Position numbers and translations under genes: made by a program. The notes under the pieces are model-generated. The model was not told the DNA's origin and did no database searches. It saw nothing but the letters and a program-made list of their open reading frames with translations. From Candidatus Bathyarchaeota archaeon (GTDB lineage: Archaea > Thermoproteota > Bathyarchaeia > Bathyarchaeales > Bathycorpusculaceae), in the NCBI GenBank assembly GCA_963707955.1, contig OY970176.1, positions 992,001 through 1,056,000 on the forward strand: a stretch of DNA of 64,000 bases. The letters are read 5' to 3'. Shown piece after piece: positions 1 through 8,530 of the stretch (its first letter is position 1; each line of letters starts with the position of its first letter).

Positions 1-52
1 CGGAATGAGGGTTGGACGCTTCTAGACGCGTGAAAAGGAATGGTGAGTCGAA

Positions 53-646
53 ATGAGTGAGGGAGAAGGAAACCTAGAAGAAGAATTGAAACCCTTCAAG
101 GATCTGATTCCGAGCGACGTGGAGAAAGAACTGAAAAACGCGATAAATGAGAATGACGGGGACAAAATCAAGACTCTGCTTGAAGGGAAAATCAACCCTA
201 TACTTGACAGCTACACGGCGAAAATCAAGAACCCTGACCTCAATGAGGGAGAGCAGATCTTGTGGGTTCACGAAGTCACAAGAGGAATTTTTCACAAAGA
301 GACAGTTGAAAAATGGACCATAACAAACTTGAGAGCTATGAAATATTATCCAGTGACTAAAGAAAACCCGACTCAGCGTTTAGACTCCGTCGGCCTGGCC
401 GTCTCTGAGCCAATAATCATGAATCAGCATAGGGTCTCCAAGGGACAGCGAGTTGGCAACTTCACAGGAGTATACAGCGGCGTTTTTGTAGGTACAAGCG
501 TAGGCTCCAGCACAAGTACGAGCACAACTTACGGAGATTTAGTTTTCTTTATCAAGGGCACAGAAAAGCTTTGTTTTCCAAGTATCAGTGATCCTCATGG
601 CGTCCAACGTATGATTCAAACCATCAAAAAGCAAAGCAAACGTTAA
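53..646 (+). CDS. hypothetical protein (possible PH-like domain)
   Basis: 197-aa ORF preceded by GGTGA; no family recognised with confidence. Confidence 0.7.
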   Translation: MSEGEGNLEEELKPFKDLIPSDVEKELKNAINENDGDKIKTLLEGKINPILDSYTAKIKNPDLNEGEQILWVHEVTRGIFHKETVEKWTITNLRAMKYYPVTKENPTQRLDSVGLAVSEPIIMNQHRVSKGQRVGNFTGVYSGVFVGTSVGSSTSTSTTYGDLVFFIKGTEKLCFPSISDPHGVQRMIQTIKKQSKR

Positions 647-795
647 GCCTCGACCCTGACATTTTCCCGCTTTGATTTCATGCGGCAGTTCTTTCAGCGT
701 TTCCAAATCCTCGTCGCTGATGCCAAATTTTCCCGTTTCAGCAAGGTTGGTCCAGCGCGGGCATGAAACTTGCGTTTCCAAGCTGTGCATGCCCA

Positions 796-847
796 GGTTC
801 TGTTAACTCTTCGTGGGATGCTTCTCCATGTTAACTATCGTGGGATA
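796..847 (+). repeat. left terminal inverted repeat (two sub-repeats)
   Basis: Two copies of TGTTAACT(C)WTCGTGGGAT; begins GGTTCTGTT as IS257-type IS6 ends do. Confidence 0.92.
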
Positions 848-1005
848 CCACATATTTTTCTTCTATGGGTGAATGACAAATGACCGCATTACCTATAGAG
901 GGTTCACGTTAGGGTCATAATGATTCTGGATTCAGATTCCCCCTTAACAATTATTATATCATCAATCCGCTGCGTCGTAATACATCAGAAACAAGTGAAA
1001 TAACG

Positions 1006-2184
1006 ATGCAGCTAAACACGATTTACTGCGGAGACTGTGCACACGTTCTGGCCTACTTTCCAGAATGTTCAGTGGATTTGCTCTATGTTGACCCGCCGTT
1101 CTTCTCTAATAAACACTATGAGATAATATGGGGTAACGGCTACGAGCGACGAGCTTATGAAGACCGATGGAAAGGTGGCAAACGTGGCATTAAAAACTAC
1201 ATAGCTTGGATGCAACCAAAGATAGAACAATGTCATAGAATATTAAAGCCCACTGGAAGTATGTACCTCCATTGCGACTGGCGTGCTAATGCACACCTAA
1301 GAATTTTGATGGATAAAATATTCGGAGAAGAAAACTTTAGAAATGAAATTATCTGGTGTTATAGCGGTGGAGGTATACCGAAAAAGAATTTCCCAGGCAA
1401 ACATGATACAATATTTCGGTATTCCAAATCTAACGATTATTTCTACGTTCCAGAGTATCGTCCATATTCCGCTGGAACTTTACAGAGAGGTAGAACACAA
1501 GTTAAAGGAAAATACTATGCTAATGGATTGAGGAAAGAAGGCACACCTGTGCCTGATTGGTGGACGGACATAAAATGCCTTCACAGTCCAACGGATAAAG
1601 AAAAATTAGGCTATCCCACTCAAAAATCTGAGGCGTTGTTAGAACGAATAATAAAAGCATCGTCAAATCCGACGGATATTGTGTTAGATCCTATGTGTGG
1701 TTGTGGCACAGCCATTGCGACAGCTCACAAATTAGGGCGAAGATGGATTGGAATTGATGTTTCTCCCGTAGCGTGCAAGGTTATGACTGCACGAATGCAA
1801 AAACTGGGATTAAAAATTGCAGAAAACGATATTATTGGTCTTCCAAAATCAGTTGAACAGTTAGAAGCTATGGTCCCTTTTGAATTTCAGAATTGGGTCA
1901 TCCAAAAATTGGATGGCAGACCAAGCAGACGGAAAGTTGGAGACTTCGGTGTTGACGGTTGGCTTACAAATGGAGAACCCGTCCAGATAAAACAGTCAAA
2001 ACGTATTGGAAGAAATGTAGTTGACAACTTTGAAACCGCTATTAGAAGAGAGGGAAAGAAAGCCGGATTGATTGTCGCTCTTAGTTTTGGAAAAGGAGCC
2101 AACGAAGAGGTAGCCAGAGCAAAACAAGACGATGGCTTAGAAATCAGACTCAAAACAGTTAAAGACCTTATTAAAGAGATTTAA
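1006..2184 (+). CDS. beta-class N4/N6 DNA methyltransferase fused to a C-terminal Mrr-like PD-(D/E)xK domain
   Basis: DPPF catalytic motif, YPTQK and DPMCGCGT SAM-binding motif in beta order; C-terminal FEFQNW...D.GVDG...VQIKQ. Confidence 0.9.
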   Translation: MQLNTIYCGDCAHVLAYFPECSVDLLYVDPPFFSNKHYEIIWGNGYERRAYEDRWKGGKRGIKNYIAWMQPKIEQCHRILKPTGSMYLHCDWRANAHLRILMDKIFGEENFRNEIIWCYSGGGIPKKNFPGKHDTIFRYSKSNDYFYVPEYRPYSAGTLQRGRTQVKGKYYANGLRKEGTPVPDWWTDIKCLHSPTDKEKLGYPTQKSEALLERIIKASSNPTDIVLDPMCGCGTAIATAHKLGRRWIGIDVSPVACKVMTARMQKLGLKIAENDIIGLPKSVEQLEAMVPFEFQNWVIQKLDGRPSRRKVGDFGVDGWLTNGEPVQIKQSKRIGRNVVDNFETAIRREGKKAGLIVALSFGKGANEEVARAKQDDGLEIRLKTVKDLIKEI

Positions 2185-2367
2185 CTCCCGCAAGAACCTC
2201 TCATCTGCCATAGTCAGGGATGGACTTTTCTTATGAATGTAAATAACTCCGAAGCCTTTGCTGATTGCATCTTCTTTGGCATCTTCAATTTTTCTCTTCG
2301 ATGGGTTACACAAATGTATCCCGCTCTTGCAATAGTCAGCCCGATCATCAGTTCTTATGATTCTCAT
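2137..2367 (-). CDS. small hypothetical passenger protein
   Basis: 76-aa ORF with an AAGGAG RBS-like sequence upstream; overlaps the end of the methyltransferase. Confidence 0.45.
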   Translation of the reverse strand: MRIIRTDDRADYCKSGIHLCNPSKRKIEDAKEDAISKGFGVIYIHKKSPSLTMADERFLRELNLFNKVFNCFESDF

Positions 2368-2489
2368 AAGCGTGAGTCGCTCCTTTCAACCTCTTTGTTA
2401 CTCCAGGACATTTAAATTTTCAGTGGAAGCTTTCAGTGGAAGTGGTGTTTCCATTGGAACTTTTGAGAGGATGAGCCACAATAGCTGAC

Positions 2490-2672
2490 TCATTGTGTTT
2501 TTTCGCCTTTTGGTTCCACAATTAGTTTTTTGTCTTTGACTGTCAGTTCCAGTTCTTGACCGCCTTTCCAGCCCAATTCAGTTATTGCTTCATCTGGAAC
2601 TACGATAACATGTTTGTAGTGGTGTTTTTCCTTGTACTTCTAAGCAAGCTGTTTTTGGAGTTTAGCTTTCAT
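2490..2672 (-). pseudogene. AbrB/MazE-like DNA-binding protein with an internal TAG
   Basis: Manual translation MKAKLQKQLA*KYKEKHHYKHVIVVPDEAITELGWKGGQELELTVKDKKLIVEPKGEKTQ; swapped-hairpin pattern; stop at 2640-2642. Confidence 0.75.
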
Positions 2673-2812
2673 TTGGGCTTTTCCTTCTGGTCGTTAAAAA
2701 GGTAGTTGATAGCATCGTTGTGCGAGTGGCTTTCACCCTCGTGCATTAGCTCGCCAACCAGAGCATTTACGCGTTTTCGGTTGCTCTCCGTAACTTTTAT
2801 TGTCTTGTCAAT
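2669..2812 (-). pseudogene. 5'-truncated ribbon-helix-helix antitoxin-like gene
   Basis: Manual translation IDKTIKVTESNRKRVNALVGELMHEGESHSHNDAINYLFNDQKEKPK*; ATGA overlap with the AbrB-like start; no clear start codon. Confidence 0.6.
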
Positions 2813-2821
2813 CGATTCGGG

Positions 2822-3660
2822 TACTGCGAGTCAAAAAACGTGGTCAAAGACGGACTCCGCCACAACAAACACGGAAACATCCAAGTTTACCTCTGCCGAG
2901 ATTGTGGAAAACACTTCACCATAAACTTGGGCTTTAAGAAAATGAAGAGTACGCCTCAAATAATCACAAGCGCCCTACAGCTTTACTTCTCTGGAACATC
3001 TTTGCGGAATGTGGCGGAGTTCTTGAAGCTTCAAGGCGTGGAAGTCTCTTACGTAGCAGTTCACAAGTGGATAACCAAGTACGTCGGCTTGATGGACAAG
3101 TACATCGAGAAGTTAACGCCTCAAGTCGGAGACATTTGGAGGGTCTGACGAACTTTGGCTCAAGGTCAAAAGGCGACAAAAAATACCTCTTCGCAATAAT
3201 GGATGATGAAACTCGCTATTGGATTGCTCAAGAGGTGGCGGGTTCAAAGTACAAGCATAACGCACGAAAACTGTTCCAGTTAGCCAAGAAAGTGACTGGA
3301 ACGAAACCGAAGACGCTCATAACTGACGGGCTTCCAGCTTACCATGACGCTTACAAGAAAGAGTTCTGGACACTGAAGAAAGCCACAAGAACAGAGCACA
3401 TTAACGCTATAGAGCTGAGGGGCGACATGAACAACAATAAAATGGAGCGCATGAACGGAGAAGTCAGAGACCGAGAAAAGATACTGAGAGGAATAGAGAA
3501 AGACGACAGCACAATGCTCTCAGGATACCAACTCTACCACAATTTCATTAGACCCCACATGGCATTAGACGGCAAAACTCTCGCTGAGATGTACGGGCTA
3601 AAAGTCGAGGGCGAAAACAAGTGGAAAACTCTGATAGAGAACGCAAGCAAAAATGAGTAG
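2822..3660 (+). pseudogene. IS6/IS240-type DDE transposase, N-terminally truncated and frameshifted
   Basis: Partial Zn ribbon (YC...CRDC), HTH, then W-R-x-D-E broken by two frameshifts near 3143-3172; ITDGL, NNKMERMNG and YHNFIRPHMAL motifs. Confidence 0.9.
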
Positions 3661-3661
3661 A

Positions 3662-3907
3662 TTAGCTCGGTGTTTTCTTCAGTATCTCGCTTGTTTTTTG
3701 TAGTAAATCAATTAGATGACCCAACGTTTTCGCCCAAATGCGATACCTCATCGTCCCTTGATATTCTTCCTGTATGGAATATCCCTTACTATCTTTCTCA
3801 CACCATTCAGAAACTTCTTTCCACACATTTGGGGGAATCTCCACATCCCAAACTCCATTGTCCATCACATGAACTTTTAGGTATTTTCTTTCATCTGACA
3901 TTATCAT
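3662..3907 (-). CDS. hypothetical passenger protein
   Basis: 81-aa ORF convergent with the transposase, inside the right inverted repeat. Confidence 0.65.
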   Translation of the reverse strand: MIMSDERKYLKVHVMDNGVWDVEIPPNVWKEVSEWCEKDSKGYSIQEEYQGTMRYRIWAKTLGHLIDLLQKTSEILKKTPS

Positions 3908-3954
3908 GCCACAAGTTTATCTAAACTTGTTTTTGGCATTTAAGCATATTCGCT

Positions 3955-4017
3955 TATCCCACGATAGTTAACAGAGAACTATACTGAAGCCAAATCCCAC
4001 GAAGAGTTAACAGAACT
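3955..4017 (-). repeat. right terminal inverted repeat (two sub-repeats)
   Basis: Reverse complements of the two left sub-repeats, followed by the target duplication CATGCCCA. Confidence 0.92.
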
Positions 4018-4060
4018 CATGCCCAAAAGGCTTATTAGCGGATGTATTTTCGTGGTATCC

Positions 4061-5176
4061 ATGGAATCTGCCAACGTTGTGATTATAGGGGCAGGCGTCG
4101 TAGGTCTGGCTGTTGCCGCCAGCGTTTCTGAGAATAGTGACGGCGTGTATGTTTTTGAAAAGAACGCGCGGTACGGCCAAGAAACAAGCAGCCACAATAG
4201 TGCCGTCATCCATTCGGGCATCCATTACCCTAACAATTCTTTGAAAGCGAAGTTGTGCGTGAAAGGAAACACGATGCTGTATGCGCTTTGCGAGAAATAC
4301 CAGATTCCCTTCAAGAGGTTGGGCAAGTTGACTGTGGCCATTGGGGAAGAAGAGGTTGACGAGCTTGGCAAGCTGATGAGGATGGGCACAGACAATGGCG
4401 TGGAAGGCTTAAAGTTCTTGGACGGAGAAGATGTTAGGAAGTTGGAACCGAACGTTGAGGTTGAAAAGGCTCTTCTTTCACCGTCAACTGGCATAGTCGA
4501 GCCAGATGAGCTGATGAATCATTTCCATACGCGCATGCGCAAAAACAACGCGGTCCTGGCAACGGAGACTGAGCTTCAAAGTTTGAAGAAGGTCGATAAT
4601 GGCTATGAAGTGGGAGGGGTGAGCATGGGTGAGAAGTTTCACGTTACCGCCAAGACCGTTGTGAACTGTGCTGGGCTGTATTCCGACAGAGTCGCAGGCA
4701 TAGCAGGGCTGAACGTGGACAAGATTGGATACAGGCTTTACCCGTGTAAGGGAGACTATTTCAGAGTGGCTGGAAAACCTCTTGTCAAAATGCTTGTTTA
4801 TCCAGTTCCGAAGGGGCCCGGCCTAGGCATCCACTTGACGCCTGACCTGGGCGGGTCGATTAGGCTGGGACCGAACGCTTACTACGTTGACAAGATTGAT
4901 TACACCGTCGAGTCTAACGAGAAAGAGTTTCGAGAAGACGTGACAAGGTTTGTGCCGAAGATCCGCGAGTATCAGATTCATGAGGATTCTTCCGGGATAA
5001 GACCGAAGCTTGAGGGTCCGCAGGACGGTTTTAAGGATTTTGTCATAAGGCACGAGGCCGACCGGGGCCTTTTTGGTTTCATTAACCTGGTCGGAATAGA
5101 GTCCCCAGGTCTGACAGCCGCTCCAGCAATAGGCGAGCTTGTCGCCGAAATGATAGAGACCGAAATCAAGAAATAA
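4061..5176 (+). CDS. FAD-dependent oxidoreductase, LhgO/L-2-hydroxyglutarate dehydrogenase-like
   Basis: GAGVVG Rossmann motif, ETSSHNSAVIHSG, GIESPGLTAAPAIG; start moved to ATG 4061 because the ATG at 4019 lies in the target duplication. Confidence 0.9.
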   Translation: MESANVVIIGAGVVGLAVAASVSENSDGVYVFEKNARYGQETSSHNSAVIHSGIHYPNNSLKAKLCVKGNTMLYALCEKYQIPFKRLGKLTVAIGEEEVDELGKLMRMGTDNGVEGLKFLDGEDVRKLEPNVEVEKALLSPSTGIVEPDELMNHFHTRMRKNNAVLATETELQSLKKVDNGYEVGGVSMGEKFHVTAKTVVNCAGLYSDRVAGIAGLNVDKIGYRLYPCKGDYFRVAGKPLVKMLVYPVPKGPGLGIHLTPDLGGSIRLGPNAYYVDKIDYTVESNEKEFREDVTRFVPKIREYQIHEDSSGIRPKLEGPQDGFKDFVIRHEADRGLFGFINLVGIESPGLTAAPAIGELVAEMIETEIKK

Positions 5177-5662
5177 GGCCCTTATTTTGCACCGACACTG
5201 TCAGCACGTTTCAGGAACGTTCTAGGTAGCGCGCGCAAGAGAGCTTACACGCTTTGCATATACACTTTGCATATACGGTTGGCGAGGATAAGTGAAAAGC
5301 GCGCTATCAAAGTTGTTACGTTTGATGGAAACTTAGATCGCGCGTTAACATGGCGGAGCTAGTTTATGATTTGCTGAACTGCAAATTCAGCTTCCTATTC
5401 TGAGTCCTCGCCTAGGGACTGGTTAACATGGTTTTTGTTCTTCTTTTGGGGTTTGGGGACAGTTTCGGGTTTCGTGCGTGTCCATGCCTTCAATGGAAGC
5501 ATCTCTTTCCCAGAACACGGGAACGGAATTAAAACCATTTCTTACCATTTTCGGAAGAGACATACGTGCCATGCTTCGATGCCTCGGCTCTTGTGAGTGT
5601 AAATGCATTAACCTAAGTAGTTGTGCACAACGGTTAAGTATCTATCCAAGGAAATCAGGAGC

Positions 5663-6349
5663 ATGAATAAGATGGAAAAAGTGATACTTTCATGGAGTGG
5701 AGGCAAGGATAGCGCTCTCGCACTTTATGAGATTCAGAAAACCGACAGCTATAAAATACTTGGACTGCTGACAACGCTGACAAAAGATTATGATAGAATT
5801 AGCATTCACGGTGTGCGACGGACATTGCTCGAGAAACAGGCAGATTCCTTGGGTTTTCCTCTTGAGAAAGTGCTCATTTCAAAGAGCGCTTCAATCAAAG
5901 AATATGAATTTAAGATGAGTGAAATCCTTTCAAAATATTTGACTGTCGGGTTCTCCTCTGTAGTCTTTGGAGACATTTTTCTAGAGGATGTAAGAAAATA
6001 TAGAGAGGACTATCTGTCCAAGATGGGGATGAGAGGAATTTTCCCTCTATGGAAAAGGGACACCCATGAACTTGCTCACGCATTCATAGATTTGGGCTTC
6101 AAAGCGATTGTCACTTGTGTTGACTTAAACGTCCTTGACAAAAGATTTGCTGGCAGAATATTTAACGAGCAATTTTTGTCTGACCTTCCTTCGAGCGTTG
6201 ATCCCTGTGGCGAAAATGGAGAATTTCACTCATTTGTGTATGACGGACCGATATTCCAAGAGCAAATATCACATGAGATAGGGGAAGCTGTTTTGAGAGA
6301 AAATCGTTTTTACTACTGTGATTTAATACCCCTTCCAAAATCAATCTGA
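5663..6349 (+). CDS. PP-loop ATP pyrophosphatase (diphthine-ammonia ligase-like family)
   Basis: SWSGGKDS, FGDIFL and DPCGENGEFHS motifs. Confidence 0.88.
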   Translation: MNKMEKVILSWSGGKDSALALYEIQKTDSYKILGLLTTLTKDYDRISIHGVRRTLLEKQADSLGFPLEKVLISKSASIKEYEFKMSEILSKYLTVGFSSVVFGDIFLEDVRKYREDYLSKMGMRGIFPLWKRDTHELAHAFIDLGFKAIVTCVDLNVLDKRFAGRIFNEQFLSDLPSSVDPCGENGEFHSFVYDGPIFQEQISHEIGEAVLRENRFYYCDLIPLPKSI

Positions 6350-6753
6350 GCGCGCGCGTTTGCCCTGCCAAAGATGAAGAAGGCGATGCCGGAGTAAATC
6401 GGGTAGAACCATTCGACTGCAATCCAGTAACCTTTCGACAGAGTTATTTGCAGGTTTAAGACAAGGGCAACATCATCTAGGCTGATTAATGCGAGAGCGA
6501 AAAGATACGAAAGCAACACCAGCATGGTCACCACGTTGAATCTTAAGCCGCCCTTTACTTTGCCATAGAGCAAGAAAACCACAATTGAGGCAAGCGCGTA
6601 CAGGACATCAAGGGGCTTCCAGAAGGCATGTCCAAAAATCACATCTAGATTTCCAACGTAGCCTACTAAATGTGCATCTCCAAAAGTGAGTAAAATTAGG
6701 AGTGCACCGAAAGCAAGTGCTGTAATTTCGCTTTTGAAACCCATGTTTTCCAT
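6313..6753 (-). CDS. membrane protein (about 4 TM)
   Basis: Four hydrophobic segments. Confidence 0.7.
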   Translation of the reverse strand: MENMGFKSEITALAFGALLILLTFGDAHLVGYVGNLDVIFGHAFWKPLDVLYALASIVVFLLYGKVKGGLRFNVVTMLVLLSYLFALALISLDDVALVLNLQITLSKGYWIAVEWFYPIYSGIAFFIFGRANARAQIDFGRGIKSQ

Positions 6754-7106
6754 AACCTGAGCGTAAAAACAGCAGAAATACTGTTAAGTCTTTTGTGTTG
6801 ATCAGCGCGCGCGGCATCTTCTTGCCCAGTCATGATTACGCCTCATACTTCGGAGTTCTCGGCGCAGTATCACTTCTGTCAATGCCGCTGTATCCCCTGT
6901 GCGCTAAGTATCTGCGTAAGAACGCGAATAATCAATCGGAGCATGAAACGACAGTGCGCGCTGAAGCTTCAGGCTTTTGATCGTTGAAGCTTTTGTCCTC
7001 TCTTCGTCACTTCATTGCAGACGTATGCAACATTGAGGCAGTTTCAATCCCACGTTGATAATATTATGGTTTTACCGTCCTGACCGTAGAAAGCATCTTT
7101 GATTCC

Positions 7107-8015
7107 TTAGATGTGCGCGCGTTTACACTTTGGGCACAATCTGTTTCTTGACTTCTTGTCTTGGACGAATAGTCTGTTGCATCCAATTCCTTTCCCAGGA
7201 TGTGAGCAGACAAAAACTCCACGTCTTCTTTCGTCTTCGGTTTTGGCATAGACTGTCCAATAGATCTCCTTTATGACACCCGTGGGGCTCACCTCGCCGA
7301 TCTCAGCCATGGCATCGCTTCCCAATTCCCACCCGTGCCTAGTGGCCGGACGGATATCGCGGTCGGTAACGATTTCCTCACCGACTTGGGAGATGAGGAA
7401 GCTTTTGAATTGCTTGACATCTGGGTGAACACTGAAGTAGACGACCCTAGACACGTATCCGCCGGGGCAGACGTATGCTCCGATGACATTATCCGAGTCG
7501 GATCGCAGGTCTATGAAGGAGGAAGGGCTATCGCAGTGCCTGTAACATTGTCCCTCGAACGTTAGGTAAACTTCCACAAACTCCTTCAACGATTTACGAT
7601 GAGATGATGAGTGAGGATGCGAGATAGCCGGTTGTTTATGTGCGAGACTTTGATAGTAACTGCTCGAAAACAGCGCTTTCCAAGAACCTTCTGTCACCGA
7701 AACTGCCTCTGAAAAACCAGTTAATACGTGATCGACTCTCCCGTCCATGTGTTCAACAAAGACTTGAGGGATAAGATAATCCTCCGACCAATCGCCGTGT
7801 TCTTCGACGAGCCTGTCAGCTGCCTCAAGCTGCTCGGGGATCTCTATGTCAAGAGTAAGAAGCGGAACCCCAAGGTCTCTGGACATTTTGTTAGCATTAC
7901 GCAGAGAAAACGGTACACAGTGAGGACAATAATTCGCAAAAACGATAATGACTCGCTTAATCAATCCCCTGCGCCTCTCCCAGCTCCGCAACGACGCTCT
8001 TCGTCGCAGACACAA
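7107..8015 (-). CDS. thioredoxin-like CPHC domain fused to an unknown Cys-containing domain
   Basis: N-terminal YCPHC and IPQVFV; C-terminal Cys pairs including CPKC; start uncertain. Confidence 0.7.
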   Translation of the reverse strand: MCLRRRASLRSWERRRGLIKRVIIVFANYCPHCVPFSLRNANKMSRDLGVPLLTLDIEIPEQLEAADRLVEEHGDWSEDYLIPQVFVEHMDGRVDHVLTGFSEAVSVTEGSWKALFSSSYYQSLAHKQPAISHPHSSSHRKSLKEFVEVYLTFEGQCYRHCDSPSSFIDLRSDSDNVIGAYVCPGGYVSRVVYFSVHPDVKQFKSFLISQVGEEIVTDRDIRPATRHGWELGSDAMAEIGEVSPTGVIKEIYWTVYAKTEDERRRGVFVCSHPGKGIGCNRLFVQDKKSRNRLCPKCKRAHI

Positions 8016-8530
8016 TTAAAGACTTGCTACGAGGAGACGGACTTAGCATGTTATGTACCCAAAGCGCGCGCTGTATCATTTTTTTTGCACGGTCTGTAAT
8101 TTCGGCGCATGCGCTCAAATCAAGAGAATAAACGAATGAAAGGAACTATGAGGCACGCGTGAAGAGAATGCCATGCACCACGTAAGAGAGAAAGCTAGCG
8201 CGCTCGCAGGGACTTGAAACCCGCGGGGTGAATTTGTACTGTTTCCCTTTTTTTCTGTCACAGTACACATGCCTTTATGTTTATCAACATCGTCATTCAA
8301 CCCCCTCCTCTTTTTCTACGCCAGCGCAGTAGCCACCTAGCGAACACGCGCCAGAACCCTGTGAAATCACGTTTACCGACAATCTTATCGAAGGCGACTT
8401 TCAGTTCATTCAGCCATTACAAAAGTGTAGCGCGCGCTGGGTTTGGGGACGGGCAGTTCAGGTTTTTTCTCTATTATTTCTTGACCTTAATCGACACGCA
8501 CCAATTTACCAGTTAGAGCTCAGTTTTGAC

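Larger units (their letters stand above)
796..4017. mobile_element. IS6-family element carrying passenger genes (transporter IS), probably non-autonomous
   Basis: Left end GGTTCTGTTAACTCTTCGTGGGAT (796-819) is the reverse complement of right end ATCCCACGAAGAGTTAACAGAACT (3994-4017) except at the terminal base; inner repeat TGTTAACTATCGTGGGATA (829-847) mirrors 3955-3973; 8-bp direct repeat CATGCCCA at 788-795 and 4018-4025; internal DDE transposase. Confidence 0.93.

Noticed and set aside
539-790. Minus-strand ORF whose ATG lies in the left target duplication
   Set aside because: It overlaps the 53-646 gene by over 100 nt and has no recognisable motif; it cannot be supported as a gene
2640-2642. 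In-frame TAG as possible pyrrolysine or recoding
   Set aside because: It sits in a decaying element at a probable Tyr codon; TAG is a normal stop elsewhere in the window and no pyl genes are present
3140-3175. Programmed frameshift in the transposase
   Set aside because: Two separate indels near the first catalytic Asp plus an N-terminal loss indicate decay
4019-4060. N-terminal extension of the FAD oxidoreductase
   Set aside because: The ATG lies in the target-site duplication; the protein motif starts at ATG 4061
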